Part shown: positions 48,891-62,635 of the stretch, in pieces
Numbering within the stretch: the first letter of the stretch is position 1
Layout of the letters: each line of letters begins with the position of its first letter
Assembly (NCBI GenBank): GCA_030390025.1
Contig: CM059431.1
Location: forward strand, 106,332,001 to 106,396,000
Source of the DNA: Squalus acanthias
Taxonomy: Eukaryota
Length of the DNA stretch: 64,000 bases
Direction: 5' to 3'
Position numbers and translations under genes: made by a program
Notes under the pieces: model-generated
Seen by the model: only the letters and a program-made list of their open reading frames with translations
Told to the model about the DNA's origin: nothing
The model's database searches: none

Positions 48891-49386
48891 AACAAGTGAC
48901 ATTTATTCACCCACGGAGTGCCTTTACTTGCAGCAATGAACACAACAGTGATCGGTATTACTTTCCATCCTACCTCTTATCCCTCTCAATTCCTTCCTCT
49001 CCCAACTGAGCCAGTTCCCTGCCTTTTATTCTTACAGGTTATTAATTATTATTCCTGATTACAGGCAATTAAGGGCAATGATTTCTTCAAGCTATACCGC
49101 CTTTTATAACTTCTTAAAGTTGCATCCCTATCTCGGATACAGAGCTCTCAACATCCTATGGTTCACATATCTTCCCTCTCTCGCTCTGTTACATAATTCT
49201 AAATCCAAATCAAATCAAGCAAAAAAAGAAACAAGGGAAAACAAAATATACCAATGTACGAAAGCAAAAGGTTCAAGAAAAACTGAATAAAACCAAGGAA
49301 GAAGAAAATAGAAAGTTAAAAAAGGCACAAAACTCAATAAAGGGTGAAAAAGGAAAGGCTGTCACAAGGTAAAAGAAGAAACAACA

Positions 49387-49670
49387 CATAAGAACATAAG
49401 AATTAGGAGCAGGAGTTGGCCATACGACCCCTCGAGCCTGCTCCGCCATTCAATAAGATCATACATGGCTGATCTTCGACCTCAACTCCACTTTCCCGTA
49501 CTATCCCCATATCCCTTGCTTCCCTTAGTATCCAAAAATCTATCGAACACTGTCTTGAATTTACTCAACGATTGAGCATCCAGAGCTCTCTGGGGTAGAG
49601 AATTCCAAAGATTCACCACCCCCTGAGTGAAGAAATTTCTCCTCATCTCAGTCCTAAATGGCCGACCCCA
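49387..49670 (-). mobile_element. CR1 3' fragment
   Basis: GRPFRTEMRRNFFTQGVVNLWNSLPQ plus (AAGAACAT)n tail. Confidence 0.88.
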
Positions 49671-50780
49671 TTTGACACAAGAACAAAAGTAAAACATTTT
49701 CAATGACAAGTCGGTTTTTTTTAACGTCCTTTCCCCTGAGCAACACCATGAGAAATCCACTAGTGTTTCACATCAGAGCAAATAGCTTTTGGACAGTTTT
49801 GAATTCTAATGTCATGTTGATCAAGTTTAAGAGTTCTCCACAGGATCTCAATGTACTCAGTTCCTAAGGAAGGTTTAAAAAATTACACCATGTTGACACA
49901 GATGGGTAGAAGTCAGAAGGTCAACACGAGAACTAATGGAAAAGTCCTACTTGAACACGTTGTTATCTGCATCTGAATGTAATGGAAGCAGTTACTGTGT
50001 AAGAGCGTAGAATACTAAATGAAATCACATACATTTTACAGACACGCTATATATATGTAAATGAGGTTGATACAATTTTCTGTTCGAGTATCTGTGCAAA
50101 GTGATTTTTTTTATTGAGAAACTTAAGTGAAGGGCCAGAGACTGTAGGGTGGGACACAAGCATGAAAAGAGTAGGAATGCAGCATTACATTCAATAAAGG
50201 TTCTCATTTACTTCTTAGGCCTTTACTAGAACTCTGCCCAATTACTGAGATTAAAAACTTTCACTCTCGCTCTCTCTTTCTCTCAATAGTAAGGTTCCTT
50301 TGTGAAATGAGAAACTGCCATCTCTAAACTGTACAAATTCAGCACAAATTGGAGCAGAATTGATAAGTCTTAAAGGGATGGAAAAAGTGGGTGCTGCAAA
50401 AAGAAAATCCTACTTGTAAGGTAGGATGTGGTCTTCTGAGGTTTGGGGATTAAGACAGAGTAAAGAGAATTTCACTTTGCATCTGGCCCAGATATTCCCA
50501 ACCCAAGATGTTGACACTGGAATGAAAGGGCAGTCCACCTCCAAACTCTAAAGTCGCTCACCTTGAGAGCTTTTGCTACATTAAAGGTGCTGTATAAATG
50601 CAAGTTGTTGTTGTTGTAAAAAATACCCTGCAACCCCCCCTCCCCCACCAAAAAAAGAATTAAGCATCAATAGAAAAATTTGCCCACATGACAACAGTAA
50701 CTGCATTTCAACTTCATGTGAGGCACTTTTGAGACATTTCCGAGATGCGATGAGGTGCGATAGAAATGCAAATCTAACTG

Positions 50781-51014
50781 AAGTGAGAAGTCGCACAACA
50801 CCAGGTTATAGTCCAACAGCTTTATTTGAAATCAGAGGCATTGTTCTCTGTCTATATATGCTGTGCCGATTTGTATTCCTTCACTTCACCTGACGAAGGA
50901 GCAGCAGCTCCGAAAGCTTGTGATTTCAAATAAAGCTGTTGGACTATAACCTGGTGTTGTGCGACTTCTCACTTTTGTCCACCCCAGTCCAACACCGGCA
51001 TCTCCGCATCATGG
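50781..51014 (+). mobile_element. Penelope-like family B fold-back mini-insertion (copy 3)
   Basis: 54-bp arms 50781-50834 / 50921-50974; loop homologous to 34220-34310 containing a hammerhead at 50886-50923; same tail; no clean TSD. Confidence 0.85.
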
Positions 51015-52224
51015 CCTATATTAATTGAGGGAAGGGATACTGAATTATAACTAAAAGCACATCAGGTTTCCCCACAGGCATCCAGTAAATTACTTGTATT
51101 TTCCTAGCCTGTGCTTAACCCTCAGATGTTTTAAAGATGTAAAGAAGAAGAGGGAATGGAGGGGCGGGGGCGGTGGGGTGAGGGGAAAAGATGCTTTGAA
51201 GAAGTTGCTAGTGTAAGAAACCAAAAATAGAAAAAACAAATCACGCACAATTACTGGTATCTGACCTTAATTTTATTTTTACAGCCCTGTGAGGAGGCTG
51301 CATTCCAATTAGTTCCCACTCGGTTGTATTTTAAGGATTTGGATTTCAGCACAATAAACATCTGTGAGGTACTTATAAAAGTAAAATAATTATACGTTAC
51401 AACCAAACCCACGGAAAGTTTAGGGAACCAGCACTTCATTAATTATGTTAAATAGAAATCTTCTGGCTCAGACATTTGAAATAAGCTTATTATTCAAATA
51501 ATTCAAATAGATAGAAATTGTGACATTTAATTAGTGCGGAGAAGGATGTTAGGAGTAACAATTTTAAGCAACACAGCGCAACTTATTTAAGTCCAAGCTG
51601 GAACTGTACCTATAAAATAGGTCAGTAGCACTTTATTTTCAAACAGTTAGCAAAGTGCAGTATTAAATTAAATACCAAGCAATTATGGCAACAAAAAAAT
51701 CTCTTAATCGCACACTGCCATTTCAATCTCAGACGTATTAAAACAACTAAACTGAATCCCTTCTAATCCTAATGTTCCAACATTAAATATCTGTTTCTTT
51801 TGGATTTAATTCTACCGAAGATCTAAATCAATTCACAGCCAAATTAAATTTCACCTCCAGCACTGTACAATAATCCTGACCAACTAAGGACCCTCACAGT
51901 AATAAATGCTGTTTCTTTTTTGTATTTTTCCCCTCAAAGCCCAGATTATATTAAATATGACCAGACGTAGTTTTTTCTTAAATTATCTCCATTAAATTAC
52001 TAAGGACCAGCTCACACAGCCCTATAGAGGATTTCTGATCACCACCACATGAATAGAAATATCAAAGAATAGATATAGCGTGGCAGTAGCACACTCAAGA
52101 GGATCGGATAACCTAAGAAACCATGATTGGGAGGCTTGGCTCATTTATGGAGTCTATTTGAACCCCAGAAATTGTGGTACGGCAGTGTAATGCCTGATCT
52201 GAACCAAATGCTATTATTTATAGA

Positions 52225-52757
52225 ATCCTAGAAACATAGAATGGTTACAGCACAGAAGGAGGCCATTCGGCCCGTCAAGCCCGTGCCAGCTCTCTGCAAG
52301 AGCACCTCTGCTAGTCCCACTCCCCCACCCTTTCCCCATAGCCTTGCAAATTTTTTTCCTTCATTTAGTACTTCATTGGCTGTAAAGCACTTTGGGACGT
52401 CCGGTGGTTGTGAAAGGCGTTATATAAATGCAAGTCTTTCTTTTCTTTCTTCAGGTACTTATCCAATTCCCTTTTGAAACCCACGATTCAATCTGCCTCC
52501 ACCGCCCTTTCAGGCAGTGCATTCCAGATCATAACCACTCGCTGCATAAAAAAGTTTTTCCTCATGTCGCCTTTGGTTCTTCTGCCAATCACCTTAAATC
52601 TGTGTCCTCTGGTTCTCGACCCTTCCACCAATGGGAACAGTTTCTCTCTGTCTACACCCCTCATGATTTTGAACACCTCTATCAAATCTCCTCTCAACCT
52701 TCTCTGGTCTAAGGAGAACAACCCCAGCTTCTCTAGTCTATCCACGTAACTGAAGTA
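52225..52757 (-). mobile_element. CR1 3' fragment containing a plus-strand SINE tail (52362-52450)
   Basis: DRLEKLGLFSLDQRRLRGDLIEVFKIMRG...[16 protein letters not shown]. Confidence 0.85.
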
Positions 52758-54109
52758 ATATTTATATATATGTTTTTGCTTCTGTCCAGAAATTAAAATA
52801 TAAATCTAAGTGAAATTGTGACTTGTGGCAGAAATAACAATGGTTAACTGCATGATGACGACAGCATATCTTTATATGAGATGAGGTAAATCGAGTGGGA
52901 GGAGGCTCATACAGAGCATAAACACTGGCATAGGCTGAATGGCCTGTTTCCGTGCTGTAAATTCTATGTAATTCTACGTCCCGTGTGTAACAGGAAGAAT
53001 AATGGGTAGCGCGCAAGTCATAAGAACATAAGGAAGCTTGGAACACAAACAAGTTGTCCCATCAAGTCCACTTCTACAGACCATTCACTATCATGGACTC
53101 GCTTAATAAGTCGAGTGAAAATAATCCCTAGACCCCAAAGGTTATCATGAGAAACTTCAGAATATTGATCTTTCTTCACACCTCCATGATTCAAAATGTC
53201 CTTTGAACTCACTTCACGTTATTTAAATATACCATCATTTGTAGTTTGGTGGGTGACTTCTTCATTCAGTTTTGGGGTCGATCTTTTTTCCCCAATACTG
53301 ACTGTTGCATTAAGATGTTTAAATCCGGTGAACTCCATGTCCTTGATGCACAGTGATATCCAAAATGAAAGATTAATAATTGTAATTTAATCACTGCAAG
53401 TTTATCAAGTCACAAACAACCGCTGATTAACAAGAGTCAATATGTGCAGTATGTACATTCTATGGAAGGTACTTAATGACAGCAGTCTGGTACAAGACAA
53501 ATCTCGTCAGCTGGTGGTTGTTTGTTTGGCTTGACACTGGGTGAAATTTGAGATTTATACCCATAGGTTACTGAATGAAATTTGAGATTGCATTACTACC
53601 CAGAGACGTCTGACAGACTTAAAACAGGTTGGCATAACAAGCGAAAGGAATTTCTTATGAAAGTGCGAACATCCCTACACTAGTATTCAGAGAGTGGAAC
53701 TTCAAGGCTTTGGTCTTGTTTATATTTTGATAATGGCTCCTTATTTTTGATGGGTTATGACTTAGACCTCCCAGGATACTGGCCTGTGACTTGGACCTCA
53801 GAGGATACTGGAATGCGATGTAAGATCTCACAGGATATTGGGAAGTGATGTCGGATATCTCAGGATTTTGGGACGTGACAGACAACAATTATTTTTCATT
53901 AGTTTGCCTTGATGTGATTACTGGTTTATCCGGAAAAAACCTTACATGAAAACTCTTGCTTCCATCCTCACTCTCTCTGTCCTGGGTTCTCAAAGTATCC
54001 TCTACCTTGTTCCCTCTGTCCAACACTCTCCAGCTCTTGCTCTTGCTCTCTTGGTACTCTATCCACTCCATGTCACGCCCCCATCTCTCACTCTTCCTCT
54101 CTCACAAAC

Positions 54110-54400
54110 ATTGTCAGCTCTGGTTGGACGTGTTCCTGGAGGTTTCATCACATGATCTCCTACCTTCAACTGCCCTGCTCAGGCAAACAATCTTTTTTTC
54201 CCCCATCTCCAATATTTTTATGACTAATAACCAAAAGTCTTCAAAAAAAATGAGGAAAAAAAATACACTTTTTTTTTAATGCCCCCCCCCCCCACCTATG
54301 GTTTTGTTTTTCTCCTGGGTTTTGCTCGCGGCAGTGTCCAGCAGATCAATCTTTCATTCCTGGAAACTCCAGGGCAATCCTGGAGAGGGTCGGCAACTCT
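54110..54400. mobile_element. hAT-like MITE (GGTTGGCAACCCT-type end); related 3' end at ~20340-20401
   Basis: 5' TTGTCAGCTCTGGTTGGACGTGTTCCTGGAGG; 3' TCCTGGAAACTCCAGGGCAATCCTGGAGAGGGTCGGCAACTCT. Confidence 0.5.
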
Positions 54401-55914
54401 GTCTCTAATGCTCGACCTCAAACCCAGCAGCTCTAGCCCCAGAAAGACCAGAAAGCATTAAAAAGAATAAAAGCCGACCTGATTTGTCTGGTTACGATGG
54501 ACATTTTGCAAGCCGGACAAATCCGTTCTCCGCTGATCAGTCCGTTATGAGCGGATTACACGGGATAGGGAATAATTGCATTTGTTTGTAAACTGGGACT
54601 TTACTTCTCCTTTTATTGTTGCAAGGATCCTAATTTTCAACAAGCAGTCAATTCCACTGCTTAATCGGCCTACAAAAGGATTACTCGACCGAAGAATCAA
54701 AAAAAATTGCTTATGACAAGAGAGTATGGTTTCTTGGCATGCTGACGAGACAAGACAACAATTTTGTTACTCTGCCGTGCCTGGGTAATTTTGCAGACCC
54801 TTTTTTTATGTGCAAAGCAATGCCAGGCTTTTTTTTATACCTGCATTTCCACAAGTTCCAGGAACCTGCTAAGACTTCTGCCCAGCATTCCTTTTCCTCG
54901 GCTTCCCAGGAGATCACATGCTTTTCGGGTGCGGTGGGACGTGTACATATCGTGATGCGCGAGGTATCACAAATTGCGTGGGACAGGCTGGATGGACCAG
55001 AAGGTCTTTTCCTCTCCATCATTGTTGGTGTGTTTCCTTTCTCCCCAGGTACCCACTTTTCTGCCCCAGCTTCCGCCCCGTCAGGGCTATGCTGAGAGCA
55101 GCTATGGAGTACAAGGGTAAATGTTGTGAGGCTGCCGTGTAGCAGAGGGCCCTAAACCATGCCATACACAAATTGCTTAGGACACGGTAGGGTGAATTTT
55201 GCAAGGCTGAGCGCTCGATGTGGAGCCATTGCTTGATGGGAGTGATGGGATCAACTGGTTTTCCCATCCTGTCCATTTCCATAGCAAGGCTCCTGTGTTA
55301 ATATCATGTCAGCCTTTTAATCATCTCCTGCTTTCTATTTAAGTACTCATTGTCTGTGCGTTTTCGTCCCTCCTTAAATACTGATCATCTGCTATTTCTT
55401 CCAGTTCCGACTAAACGTCCAGGCCTACATCATTAACTTATCTGTCTTCTCCTCAGGTGCTGAGTGGCAGCTGGCTAAAAATTGGATTCAGTAGTCCTGT
55501 CTGGAAAAGATTAGGGGGGGGGGGGGATCCAATTAATTTGCTTCCTAGCAGCTCGACAAACAGAGTGTTGATAGAAATCTGGAAGCAGGCCACCTTGTCT
55601 TGACAATGTAGATGCAAGTCCAGGTGAACTGAAGAATGGCAAAGAATCGGAAATAAAATTGTGATTAAAATTTTTCTTTTGCAAAATCATGAAGAACCAT
55701 CTGCAATAGCAACAACAGCAATAAAAGAGCACAAATGTGCTAACTGGTGGAAGGGTTAATGCACTAACAAAAAACTCAATCTAGTTCAATGTGTATGCAG
55801 ACTGGTCCTCTTTATTGCAGGATTATGAGGCTATAGCCCTGCCCTAAATTTTATGCAGCTTCCATTACAAGTGATTCAATGAATAAATAAGGAGAGCTCA
55901 TTCAACAATAACAA

Positions 55915-56530
55915 TAAGAACATGCATTAATATCGAGAAATGTCTCGTGGCGTTTTACAGAGCCATAGGGAAAACAAATGCATCAACCAAAGAAAGAAAG
56001 ATTAGGAGGGCTGACCGAAAAGCTTGGTCAAAGAGGTAGGCTTTAAGGAGGGTCTTACATGAGGGGAGGGAGGTGGAAGGACTGAGGAAGGGAATTCCAA
56101 TGCACGGAGCCGAGGCAGCTTGAGATATGGCCATCAACGGTGGGGCGAAGGGAGGGGGAGATGCAGAAGAGCCCCGAGTCAGAGAACAAGGGAGCTCGTG
56201 AAGGGCTTGTGGGGCTGGAGGAGGTTGCAGAGATAGGGAGGGGGGGCGAGGGGGGGGGGGACGGACAACAACACACGGGATTTAAGCACATTAATGGCAA
56301 TGTTCAGTTTGAGCCGTTCAGGGATTAGAAACCGGGGAGAGGATATAGACCACAGATAAGCTGAAGTTTACAGAAGTGGAGGCTAGGAGGCCAGGCAAGA
56401 GAGCGTTGGAATAGTCGAGTCTGAAAGTTAAAAAGAAAGTAAGAATTTGCATTTATGTCACGCCTTTTACATCCTCTAGACATTCCAAAAAGCTTTGCAG
56501 CCGTGAAGTATTTTTGAAGTGTAGACATGG
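55915..56530 (-). mobile_element. Diverged L2 3' region plus SINE tail fragment
   Basis: AAAGCTTGGTCAAAGAGGTAGG...GGAATAGTCGAGTCTG; KTLLKAYLFDQAF. Confidence 0.7.
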
Positions 56531-57417
56531 TTTTTGTTAATCCTGTGAAGATATATACCAATAATATAAAACACTTTTTTTTTATATTAATTGACCCCTC
56601 CCCAGAAAAAAAATAATGCTTTTTTTTCCCCTGGGCTGTGGATGTTTTTCACTGAAAAAAATTTGAACTTAATAGTTTCTATTGAAAACCAAGTGCCCTT
56701 CCAATTTTTAAATCTCTGTTAAGTACTGATTTAATATCGCTACAGATGGTTTTTAAACATTGAGGTAATTCAGACCTTTGAAACTCCACTATGTGATGTC
56801 TCCATTAATATTTTACATAAATATATAAAAATTCCCTCAATCAATTTCAAAGGAGCTTGTTAGGCTGGCAGTGTTCGCCGCAGCACATCATGCTGTTCAA
56901 TGGTTTTGATATGCGCTCCAGTCTGCGGGCTGTTCAAGCACCGCAGTGCAAACACCCTTACGCATGAACAAACCGACAGCATTCTACGAGCATCTGACAA
57001 TGGTTTGATAATTGGGCTATTAAATACACATGCCCCAGTGGGTAAGATACAGTAAGCCCCTTCCCAGTCAATGAACTGACAGGGCCTGAATGTATCAACC
57101 CTCCAAGAGAATTGCTAACCATAGACTGACAGTCCCATTGGGACATTCACGTTCCTGTGAAATTCTCCTCTTTGCTACCCTTTTTGTCTTCTGAATTTAA
57201 ACTCTCCCTTATTCACTTTCAATGTTGATTCTCGTCAAGAATCAGCAAATTATTTATTAGATCTGTCACTTTTCAAGCAGTCAAGATAGATTACCCATGG
57301 CTCCAGCAATCATAAAATCTTGCAGACTGAATTATAAGTTGCTGACCCGCTTGTAGTTTTTGTCTGAGGCAGCACTGGGGAGATGGCAATGAGGATTGGA
57401 GCAGTAACTTATTGAAG

Positions 57418-57800
57418 AACTACAACAACTTGTATTTATATATCGTCTTTAATGTAGTAAAAAGTCCCAAGGCGCTTCACAGGAGCGATTATCAAACAAA
57501 ATTTGACACCGAGCCGCATAAAAAGATATTAGGACCAAAAGCTTAGTCAAAGAGGTAGGTTTTAAGGAGCATCCTAAAGGAGGAAAGAGAGGTAGAGAGG
57601 TGGAGAGGTTTATGGAGGGAATTCCAGAGCTTAGGGCCCAGGCACCTGAAGGCACGGCCGCCAATGGTGGAACGATGAAAATTGGGATGCGCAAGCGGGC
57701 AGAATTGGAGGAACACAGAGATCTCGGAGGGTTGTGGGGCTGGAGGAAGTTACAGAGATAAGGAGGGGCGAGGCCATGGAGGGATTTGAAAACTAGGATG
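57418..57800 (-). mobile_element. L2 3' end
   Basis: Same family as 4325 and 39007. Confidence 0.85.
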
Positions 57801-58559
57801 TTTCAATTACTGCACAGGCACTACATCATACTATAACCAGGAGAATTATTATTTTCTAATTTATAACCCTCAAGTCAATTTTCCTTTGGTTCAAACTCTC
57901 CCTTAATCACTTGCAGTGTCGCTTCCCATCAAGAATCAGCAACTTATCTTAATGCTCTTCCTCCACTCACCATCCCAAGGACCATTCCCAACTAAAAGCT
58001 TGGGCCAACAACCTGCTCCCAGATATCACATCGTGGGTAAATTGGGATAATGGTACTTTCCTGTATGACTGAAAGCAGGAGCATGCAAACAGTTACAAAG
58101 GATGGTCAGACAGACCAGGAACTAGAGAGCGGGGAGGCAGACTGTACATGAAGGGTGAAAAGGGCACGGAGGACGATCAGAGGGGCAAACGACAGGTCGG
58201 CAAATCAGGTGAGAAAATTTTGTGGAATGAGGATCCTCACTTAGATATGAAAAGCATTTTAATTTGCCATATAAGACAAACAAGACACAGTCTAGTCACC
58301 ACAGCCAGTCCCAGGACACAACAGGAAGGATTTGTTGGGCACTACACTTGAAGAACATTCTAGTACAGAGGCCTGACACAGGAATGCTCTCAAGACAGAC
58401 GATAAGCATATCCTTCATTTCCTGACATCTCCAGCACAGGAGGGAGAAATTGTTTTCCTTAATTTGAAACAACTGGGCACCAGAGTAGCTCTGTTAAAAA
58501 AATCTTCCACTAAATATAAGCAGCAAAACAGGCATTGCCAGTGATTCCATTCACTGAAG

Positions 58560-59010
58560 AGAAGGGGCTAAATTATGAGGAAAGTTTGCATAGACTGGGC
58601 TTGTGTTCCCTCGAGTATGGATGAATAAGAGGTGATCTAATTGAGGTGTTGAAGATGATTCAAGGATTAGATAGGGTAAATAGAGAGAAACTATTTCCTC
58701 TGGTGGGAGAGTCCAGAACAAGGGGGCATAACCTTAAAATTAGAGTTAGGCTGTACAGGGGTGATGTCAGGAAGCACTTCTTCACACAAAGGGCAGTGGG
58801 AATCTGAAACTCTCGTCCCCAAAAATCTGTTGAGGCTCGGTCAATGGAAAATTTCAAAACTGAGATTGCTAGATTTTTGTTAGTAAAAAGGGTATTAAGG
58901 GATATGGAACCAAGGCGGGTAGATGGAGTTAAGATACAGACCAGTCATTGACTGGTGGAACAGGCTCAAGGGGCTGAGTGGCCTACTCCAGTTCCGATGT
59001 TCCGATGTTG
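58560..59010 (+). mobile_element. CR1 3' fragment
   Basis: GGTGATCTAATTGAGGTG...AGAACAAGGGGGCATAACC...TTCTTCACACAAAGGGCAG and 3' UTR. Confidence 0.85.
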
Positions 59011-61274
59011 CTATACTGCCAACTTAAACTCTATATCCACGGTCTATATAGGCCTGTTTGATCTCAAGCCATCATAACGTAATCTATCATTACACAGTAA
59101 AGCTTTGGTCCTATTGAACAGGGAGGTCCTGGACAAGGTTATGTCATCACCCTCTAAGTGGAAGAAAATCCCGTGGGTACACCCAGTCTGGGTGATACCT
59201 TACTCCCAACCACCCAAAGTGGGTCTGGCCAGATGTCTGGTAGAAGGACACCCACTTGCTCTCTTGGGGGCAGATTGCATGAGTTCAGACAGATTGATGA
59301 AATATAAAATAACTAACTCGGGGCGGGGGGGGAATGCATTATATTTAAATGTAAGATTGAAATGGTAACCTCTAACCTAGAGGATTAGAACAAGAATATT
59401 TCCAGAAATAAAGGAACCCAACTTTGACAGTTGGGACCTGAGCACACCAAAGAACTGTAGCTAGCAGATAATCCCAGAAATGTTCTCATATATATTCTCA
59501 CACTATATTGTTTGCTTTTTTTCTCACTTATTAAAAATCTTATTCAAAAACATAAAAGGAAAACCATCTTTGATTCTCAGTGTCAGTAAGGGAAACATCA
59601 AATCACAGCGAACATGAGGAAGCCTGTTGCTGGCAGTATGAGGAGCCTCTTCAAAAACAATGCCCAAAACAGATAGTTCTTCTTTGTTAAATTTGAAAAC
59701 AAAGCCTATTACAATTACGACTAACTTTGACTCAATGTCAGACGAGCTCCTAATAATGTTGGTAAATCATGCTCCTTTAAGGCTTATGCTAGTAAAGCAT
59801 ACACAGCCGTTGGCAATGTGACCCTTATCACCAAAACTGTCCTCCCTACTCCTCTGGCACCTTCTGCTCCTTTGAGTACCTCACCTTGTTCCACCCCTCT
59901 CAGCTGCCCTTCAAAATCGTCATTCTCTCTACCCCACCCCCTCCCCACTCAAGCTCCACACCAAGTTTCTCACCAAGGTATCCTCACTCCTTTCCTCCCT
60001 CAGTTTCTGCACTGTGTAAAGGTACGAGATAAATGCAAGTTGTTGTTATTGTTGTTGCAACATAAAAGGCACTCTGTCAGCCTCTGTTTGCAGAAAATGA
60101 CATCCTTGCAATTTGTACATTCTTGTAAAAAGGAAACTTGTGTATATATAAATAAGTGTGTCACAGTAGATGGATCGTTCAACATTACAAGGTAGTAATT
60201 CAGTTGAGTGCTTCTGATATTCCATAAACCATGGAAATGAGGACTGAAATTCTTATGAATACGTACTCAATAGTTTACTTTAAAAAAAATCCTTTTTGAT
60301 AGTCCTTACATTCTTGTGCTCAGCTGACCACAGTGGAGCCAGCATAGCAGAGGTCAAAGGCTAGTTCAGATGAGAGTAACACAAGACCTGAAGGTACACA
60401 GCATCCCCTGACTGTTACTGTACTATTAAGCATTTTTCTTTCCCCCCACCATTGGATTAACTACTGCAAGTGAAACTATCCAGTTTATTGGGAAATGATG
60501 AATAGTCACAGCAATAATTACAGACATGCATCATGCCACTCACTAGTTCTGGACTGGTAAGTACATTTGCGACCAGCTCCAAACCAACTCAGGTCCTGAC
60601 GGTAATTGATCCCTGGCCACCATTATTCTTTATGCTGTGATTCAAGATCAGGGCCAGGGCTATTAAAAGTGGGGCAGAACACAAGCTTTGAAGCCAGACT
60701 TTTCAACTCCAAAACCTAGTGGAATAACTGAAATACCTTAAGGCTTCAAGAATTCCAGGACTAAGATGAGAAAGGACACCTGGAATAAAACATCTCTACC
60801 AAGTCTCTCTCTCAGAAATAAAATCTTGCCTGGAGGGAAGACCTTATAACAAGAAACATTTCAAGAAGGCCCTTGTCTGTCTGTAGGTTTCTGCTGTAGT
60901 ATCTATTATGTTAGTTACTGGAAATCCACTACTCAAATCTGGTGCTTATCAAACACTGGGATGATTGCTTACAAGTTAACCAGTCTCCACACTTGTGTAT
61001 ATTTGCTGTAATGAACATAATACAGCGCAATATATTTTATTTGCAAATGTGGCTTTTCAAATCTGATCAAATCCCTTCACAACATCATCGTTAATCAGCT
61101 CTTCTATCTAACCGGCTAATTTGCTCGGTCAGCCTGTGGCATGATTTCCATAATATAAGAAACTAAACAATATCAAAAAATCAGACTGAAATTAAAAGGG
61201 AAAATAGCACATTTGGAAAAACTGTAACATTCTCATATTCTGGGTTGAAATAGGACCATTCAATATTAATAGAA

Positions 61275-61728
61275 AAAAAGAAAGACTTGTATTTATGTAG
61301 CGCCTTTCACAACCTCAGGACGCCCAAAGCGCTTCACAGCCAATTAAGTACTTTTATTTGAAGTGGAGTCACTGTTGTAATGCATGAAACACGGCAGCCA
61401 ATTTGCACACAGCAAGCTCCCACAAACAGCAATGTGATAATTACCAGATATTTTGTTTTAGTGATGTTAGTTGATGGATAAATATTGGCCAGGACACTGG
61501 GGAGAACTCCCCTGCTCTTCTTCGAAGTAGTGTCATGGGATCTTTTACACCCACCTAAGAGGGCTGACCGGGCCTCAGTTTAACGTCTCGACTGAAAAAC
61601 AGCAACTCTGACAACTCACTGGGGAATAGCAGCCTAGATTTTCTGCTCAAGTCTCTGGAGTGGGACTGGAACCCACAACCAGTCTAACTCATAGGCGAGA
61701 GTGCGACCCACTAAGCCATGGCTGACAC
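61275..61728 (-). mobile_element. Full-length Deu-domain tRNA SINE (SacSINE1-like)
   Basis: Head GTGTCAGCCATGGCTTAGTGG...GGGTTCCAGTCCCACTCC, Deu core, L2-like tail. Confidence 0.85.
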
Positions 61729-61738
61729 TTATGAATAT

Positions 61739-61937
61739 AAATGAGAAGTCGCACAACACCAGGTTATAGTCCAACAGTTTTATTTAAAATTACGAGCTTT
61801 CGGAGCTCCGCTCACCTTTACCTGAAGAAGGAGCGGAGCTTAGAAAGCTCGTAATTTTAAATAAAACTGTTGGACTATAACCTGGTGTTGTGCGACTTCT
61901 CATTTTTGTCCACCCCAGTCTAACACCGGCATCTCCG
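61739..61937 (+). mobile_element. Penelope-like family B fold-back mini-insertion (copy 4)
   Basis: 75-bp arms 61739-61813 / 61831-61905; hammerhead 61818-61854; TSD CACTTATGAATAT at 61726-61738 and 61938-61950. Confidence 0.88.
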
Positions 61938-62635
61938 CACTTATGAATATGTTTGACAGAGAAATGTTACACAAAGGCGTTAACACAATTTAACACCCCT
62001 GTTAACAGTGGAGGATTTTCACACCAACGTGTTCATTATTGTGATTAAAACCTAAATTCTTTCTGGATATTGCATGGTATCTGATTGGTAGCAGGGCTAC
62101 CGCCATCGCAAGCAGAGGTCCCTAATCATAACAGCGCTACTGTGCTGGAAACGCCTTGGTGCTATCTTTAGTCTGTAGCTGGATTTGAATCTGGTGTGGG
62201 CTTAGTGTTTGCAACCCAAACTGTTTCATTAAAAAAAAAGAGGCAATTAGTTTGAGATTTCACATCTTTTTACCTATAATTCATTTTTCTATTTTAAATA
62301 TTTCTACTTATTACTTTCGCCGCTGTTGGGACTACTGAGCGTAAGGCTGTTATTTTTACAGGATAATACAAGCCTTTTGAATGTTGGCGTTGAGGGGAAA
62401 GAGTACTTAGATGCTTGTAGTGAAGCAGGAATTTGTGTAGAAGTAGGAATAAAGCACTTTAACTTATTTATGCTGCTGTGCTCTTTTATTATTCAGTGCA
62501 GTACTTAAGGCTCCCAGGTCCTGGTTGGCCTTTTACCAAAATACCCCTATATGTTTTTGTGTAGCTCTAAGTTATCTTCCTGTTTGCTGCCAATAAAGGA
62601 GCACAGCTTAAATAAGTATGGGCTTGTTAACTTTT

